Shown here in pieces: positions 60,801-64,000 of a stretch of 64,000 nt of DNA. This DNA comes from Schizochytrium sp. TIO01 (taxonomy: Eukaryota; Protista; Bigyra: Labyrinthulomycetes). Location of the stretch: contig SMSO01000035.1 of assembly GCA_004764695.1 (NCBI GenBank), positions 2,170,001 through 2,234,000 on the forward strand. The letters are read 5' to 3'. Each line of letters starts with the position of its first letter. Position 1 is the stretch's first letter. The position numbers and the translations under genes are program-made. The notes below the pieces were generated by a model. It was not told where the DNA came from and ran no database searches. It saw only the letters and a program-made list of their open reading frames with translations.

Positions 60801-61271
60801 CTCGGCTTTCCAAGCCTTCACGCTGTTGTGTAAAATAAAAGGTATGAATGTGGCATTGATCAGACGAAAGTGAACAGGTTTATGATCAAGCATTGTGTAG
60901 AAAGTGTGAGGGTACAACAAACCCAGATAATCAATGTGAACAAATAGCAAGTTAATCAAAGTCAGTCAAAGTCAAAGGTTTGGTTTTTAACAAGTATCAG
61001 CACAAGGATGGTGCTTCATTTTAAACACAAGTTAGCGCGCGAACGGTCAAACAAACAAACGAACGAGCACAATCAACTAAGTTCGTGGTCGAGTCTTTCC
61101 TGATAGGGCCTAATTCACTAATATTCTCAGTCGCATTGCAGTCGTAAGGGGGGTCTCAGGTGTCGTTGCTTATTGGTTTGTGCGCTTGCTTCAGTGTCTT
61201 CCACGTACATCTTCATTCTCCGAATCGTCGTCATTTTCGCTACGGCGACGAGCTCCACCTTCCTGCGACAT
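57841..61271 (-). CDS. MCM2: DNA replication licensing factor MCM2; two exons (61271..61209 and 60822..57841), ~1014 aa
   Basis: Histone-binding segment DYRAIAELDRYD...RQRAEAELAERDR; C4 zinc finger CPTC...CADC; QESPGTVPPGRVPR; Walker A GDPGTAKS (MCM2-type); Walker B IDEFDKM; IPIAVRHMES. The TTG-started ORF extends in frame to an acceptor at 60823 and splices in phase 0 to an ATG exon MSQEGGARRRSENDDDSENED. Confidence 0.97.
60823..61208 (-). other. Predicted GT-AG intron of MCM2 (386 nt)
   Basis: Donor GAT|GTACGT at 61208; T-rich tract and acceptor ACAACAG|CGT at 60823. Splicing keeps the frame and supplies the missing ATG. Confidence 0.8.
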
Positions 61272-61780
61272 CTTGGGGCTCCGTTGGTGGTCGCCAGCTT
61301 GCTCGGCACGACCCAATCGCTGACCAGCACGTTTACAAACTGCTGATTGATTGATCGTTGAGTGAATGTTAGCTTGCTCTCTAAGTATTTTTTAGACTTT
61401 GATTGTCAACTGTAGAATTGACAACCTAACCACCGGAGACTTGCACAACACATTTTACTGCGGTTACACGTAACCGTATCATGTATTGGGACGTTTCATC
61501 TATTTGCGAAAAACAGGGTTTTGATTCTTGTTAGGGGAGGACTTGAAAAGGAGAAGGCATATGGAAATTAAGGTCACTATTATACGTTTATGAGGTAGTA
61601 CAAACTAAGCACATTCTTATCTGTTGACAAGGATTTCGCAGTATTTCAGAGTCCCATGGTACCCCATTCATAAGCAAAGGCTTAGAATACGAGGGTCATC
61701 CACAAGCAAACAAATGATTTTGCTTGCTCGTGAGCTTACAAGCCTTAAACGAAAAGGAAGCTAGTATGAGCGCAGAAAGT

Positions 61781-63601
61781 CTAAGGGCGAGATTCTGCAA
61801 GCCGATTAAGAATAATGTCAGCGGTAGTAAATGCATGTCCATGCGACCATGCAGAAGTAGTGATTTGATGGCCAAACGCCATTGCTAGGCAGCGAATCAG
61901 CATATCACTGGATAAAGAACCCCAAGGATGCTGGTCTGATTTGCTTGCTTTTATGATTCCAAGGCATCTTCGGCATTGCTGGACAGCTTTTGACTGCAGA
62001 GATTCGTACGCAAGGGCAATGCGGGGATCCAACTCATCAAGATTAGGGCCAAGAGAGACTTGAACTCTCTTGCTTCGCAAAATAGCCTCAAAGGTCTGGT
62101 CATCAGCCGCTGCCCTTAGTGCCCGGTTGTCCCAGAACGCAGGATCAACGTGTGGGTGGAACAAGAGAAGCTCCACCATTTCAAGGTTCCCACGCTCACT
62201 TGCTTTGTAAATTGCGTACTGTTGCTGTGCAGATGCGTCTGCGCCTTTTCGAAGCAGTAATCTAACCATTTCGATCTGTTCGTTGCGAACTGCGCGTCGC
62301 AAAGGTGCATCATAGTCCACGTGCAAGTCAATCTTGGCTCGATGTCGAGGGTGCTCAAAGAGCAAACAGACGAGCCACGTTTCTCCCATTTCGCTAGCAT
62401 ATCGAAGCATTCGATTCAGCAATTCTGGTTCCGGATTAACGCGTTCGTCATTGAGAAAACAAATGACAGTTTCGACATGGTTCCGGCTGTACGCAGCACG
62501 TAAAGCCCAGTAGCGACCTTTCGTTGGGTCAATACGCGGATCCTGTAAAAGAAGTCGTACACATTCTGAGTGACCACCCTGGGCAGCTCTTCGAAGTGCA
62601 TCGTCATTTGGGGTTACGCGAGGGTCATTTAAGAGTCCTTGCACAATATGCGCATGCCCATTTTGACAGGCGAGACGAAGAGGCAGATTGTCCTCGACGG
62701 CCGGGTCGACGCCGTCCACACCAAGGAGAAACTTGCACGTTTGCCACTGACCTCGCATGGCGGCGATACGGATTGCGTAGTTATGGTGGGTAGTTGGATC
62801 CACTCTATCGGGAAGGTTTGGTGCCCGAAGTTCTTCTGGGCGATGCCACTGAAGAAGTTCTTGGCAGATTTGCCAGTGACCATAAGCAGCAGCAGTTCTG
62901 AACGCATCATCTTGAAGTGCAGTAGGGTCAACTTCAGTGTAGGATAAAAGCAGACGTAGTAACTCAAGGTTTCCGGACCTGCACGCGATTCGCACAGGGA
63001 ATTGAGATGCCGCAGTGGGGTCGACGCGATCATCATCAAGCAAGAGTGCCACAATTTCATTTTGTTTTGCTGCGCATGACCGCCTCAATAATTCATTGTC
63101 TGAAATGCTTGGGTCAAGCCAGGCACCTTTATCACGAAATGACAAAGAGCTCTGTAAAGACTGAAAAACGACATCTTTCTTTTGCAATAGAGGTCTTTTT
63201 CGAGAGGTCTCTTCATCTCCACTGAGAGCATCTTCAGACTCTTCTAAAAATGCATGACTACCTTCCGTACTACTTGTAGTAGATGCTTCACTGCAAGCAT
63301 TGGTGTTTGATTTTGTGACCAGATGAGGCGATGGTCCATGATACCCTCCAGACTGAAGATTTCTAGTATACTCAAGCCTGGATCTCTCTAGAAGAACTTC
63401 TACCACCTCACGCTGTCCCTTCAGACACGCTCGAATAAATCCCGTAAATGCGCCACGCGAAGTGAGTGCTCTACGTCTGTCACACCCAGGCCTTTTAGAA
63501 TCAAGCAAAATTCGCACACGGCTGACATCTCCATTGGAACATGCCTGTTCGAATTCTTCAGCCGCTTGTTCTGAGCTTAAAAGGCTTTCACTAGCGCCCA
63601 T
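61781..63601 (-). CDS. Ankyrin-repeat protein (606 aa, ~12 repeats of the DPxxxDNxAxRxA type), N-myristoylation motif, possible C-terminal F-box-like motif
   Basis: Repeats such as VDPAVEDNLPLRLACQNGHAHIVQGLL, VDPTTHHNYAIRIAAMRGQWQTCKFLL and ADASAQQQYAIYKASERGNLEMVELLL. ATG start MGASES. Confidence 0.92.
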   Translation of the reverse strand: MGASESLLSSEQAAEEFEQACSNGDVSRVRILLDSKRPGCDRRRALTSRGAFTGFIRACLKGQREVVEVLLERSRLEYTRNLQSGGYHGPSPHLVTKSNTNACSEASTTSSTEGSHAFLEESEDALSGDEETSRKRPLLQKKDVVFQSLQSSLSFRDKGAWLDPSISDNELLRRSCAAKQNEIVALLLDDDRVDPTAASQFPVRIACRSGNLELLRLLLSYTEVDPTALQDDAFRTAAAYGHWQICQELLQWHRPEELRAPNLPDRVDPTTHHNYAIRIAAMRGQWQTCKFLLGVDGVDPAVEDNLPLRLACQNGHAHIVQGLLNDPRVTPNDDALRRAAQGGHSECVRLLLQDPRIDPTKGRYWALRAAYSRNHVETVICFLNDERVNPEPELLNRMLRYASEMGETWLVCLLFEHPRHRAKIDLHVDYDAPLRRAVRNEQIEMVRLLLRKGADASAQQQYAIYKASERGNLEMVELLLFHPHVDPAFWDNRALRAAADDQTFEAILRSKRVQVSLGPNLDELDPRIALAYESLQSKAVQQCRRCLGIIKASKSDQHPWGSLSSDMLIRCLAMAFGHQITTSAWSHGHAFTTADIILNRLAESRP

Positions 63602-64000
63602 GCTCCAGTCTGTAGTCTCTAAACTCTATCAACACTATCTTTTCTTTTCTGTAAAACTCGAATTCGAATATTGCAAGTGCAGCTGCACCTTGTTCAGGAC
63701 TTTGATTCAGATCTCGCTTTTCCACACGGCGTTGCGAGGTTAGCAATCAACCTTTGAAGAACCTCAATCTGAGAACTTAGATATGTTACCTTTGCTATGT
63801 GACCTCCCCGACGTTGGCGTTGCCACCAGCGAGGTGTTATCCGTGTCTTTGCAAAGACAATATCGCTAGCTTTCAGGTTTTAAGGAATACAATCTATCTC
63901 CCTACTATTACTTCAAGGCCAGCACGGGCCCACTCCGATGCAAAAGTCACGCGAGGTAGCGGCAGCGGCGTTAGACGACTCACGTCAGGTCAGCCAGCCA

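Noticed and set aside
15488-63743. Numerous 60-180 aa ORFs overlapping the dynein, oxidoreductase, giant gene, MCM2 and ankyrin gene
   Set aside because: Antisense or off-frame shadows of long coding regions with no motifs. The exception is 22862..23107, which is a true dynein segment.
1-64000. tRNA, rRNA, intact transposase/RT or viral hallmark genes; alternative genetic code
   Set aside because: No cloverleaf, rRNA or hallmark motifs seen. Real genes end in TAG, TAA and TGA and read through under the standard code.

Overview
Eukaryotic, intron-poor DNA. It is most consistent with a stramenopile protist such as a thraustochytrid/labyrinthulomycete; this is inferred from gene content, near-intronless giant genes, tetranucleotide microsatellites and the MCM2 QRFD variant. 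The first ~12.9 kb has no recognisable gene, only microsatellites (including an ~55-copy AAAAT array) and decayed coding-like patches. Six genes follow. (1) A 399-aa disordered protein with an N-terminal myristoylation/palmitoylation motif (+). (2) An axonemal inner-arm DNAH6-like dynein heavy chain (-, ~4390 aa), broken by three single-base deletions in homopolymers. (3) An MDR/quinone-oxidoreductase-like enzyme with a probable mitochondrial presequence (+). (4) A single-exon ~7,900-aa secreted or surface protein (+). (5) MCM2 (-), with a 63-nt first exon missed by the ORF track. (6) An ankyrin-repeat protein with a possible C-terminal F-box-like motif (-). The most striking element is the giant protein. 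It is a rod of bacterial-adhesin-type cadherin/Ig-like domains into which other modules appear to be nested: GxFxL...W-x-V-T-F repeats, a duplicated 14-Cys module, and an ELWxxDGT repeat array that itself carries a Cys/Trp-rich insert.
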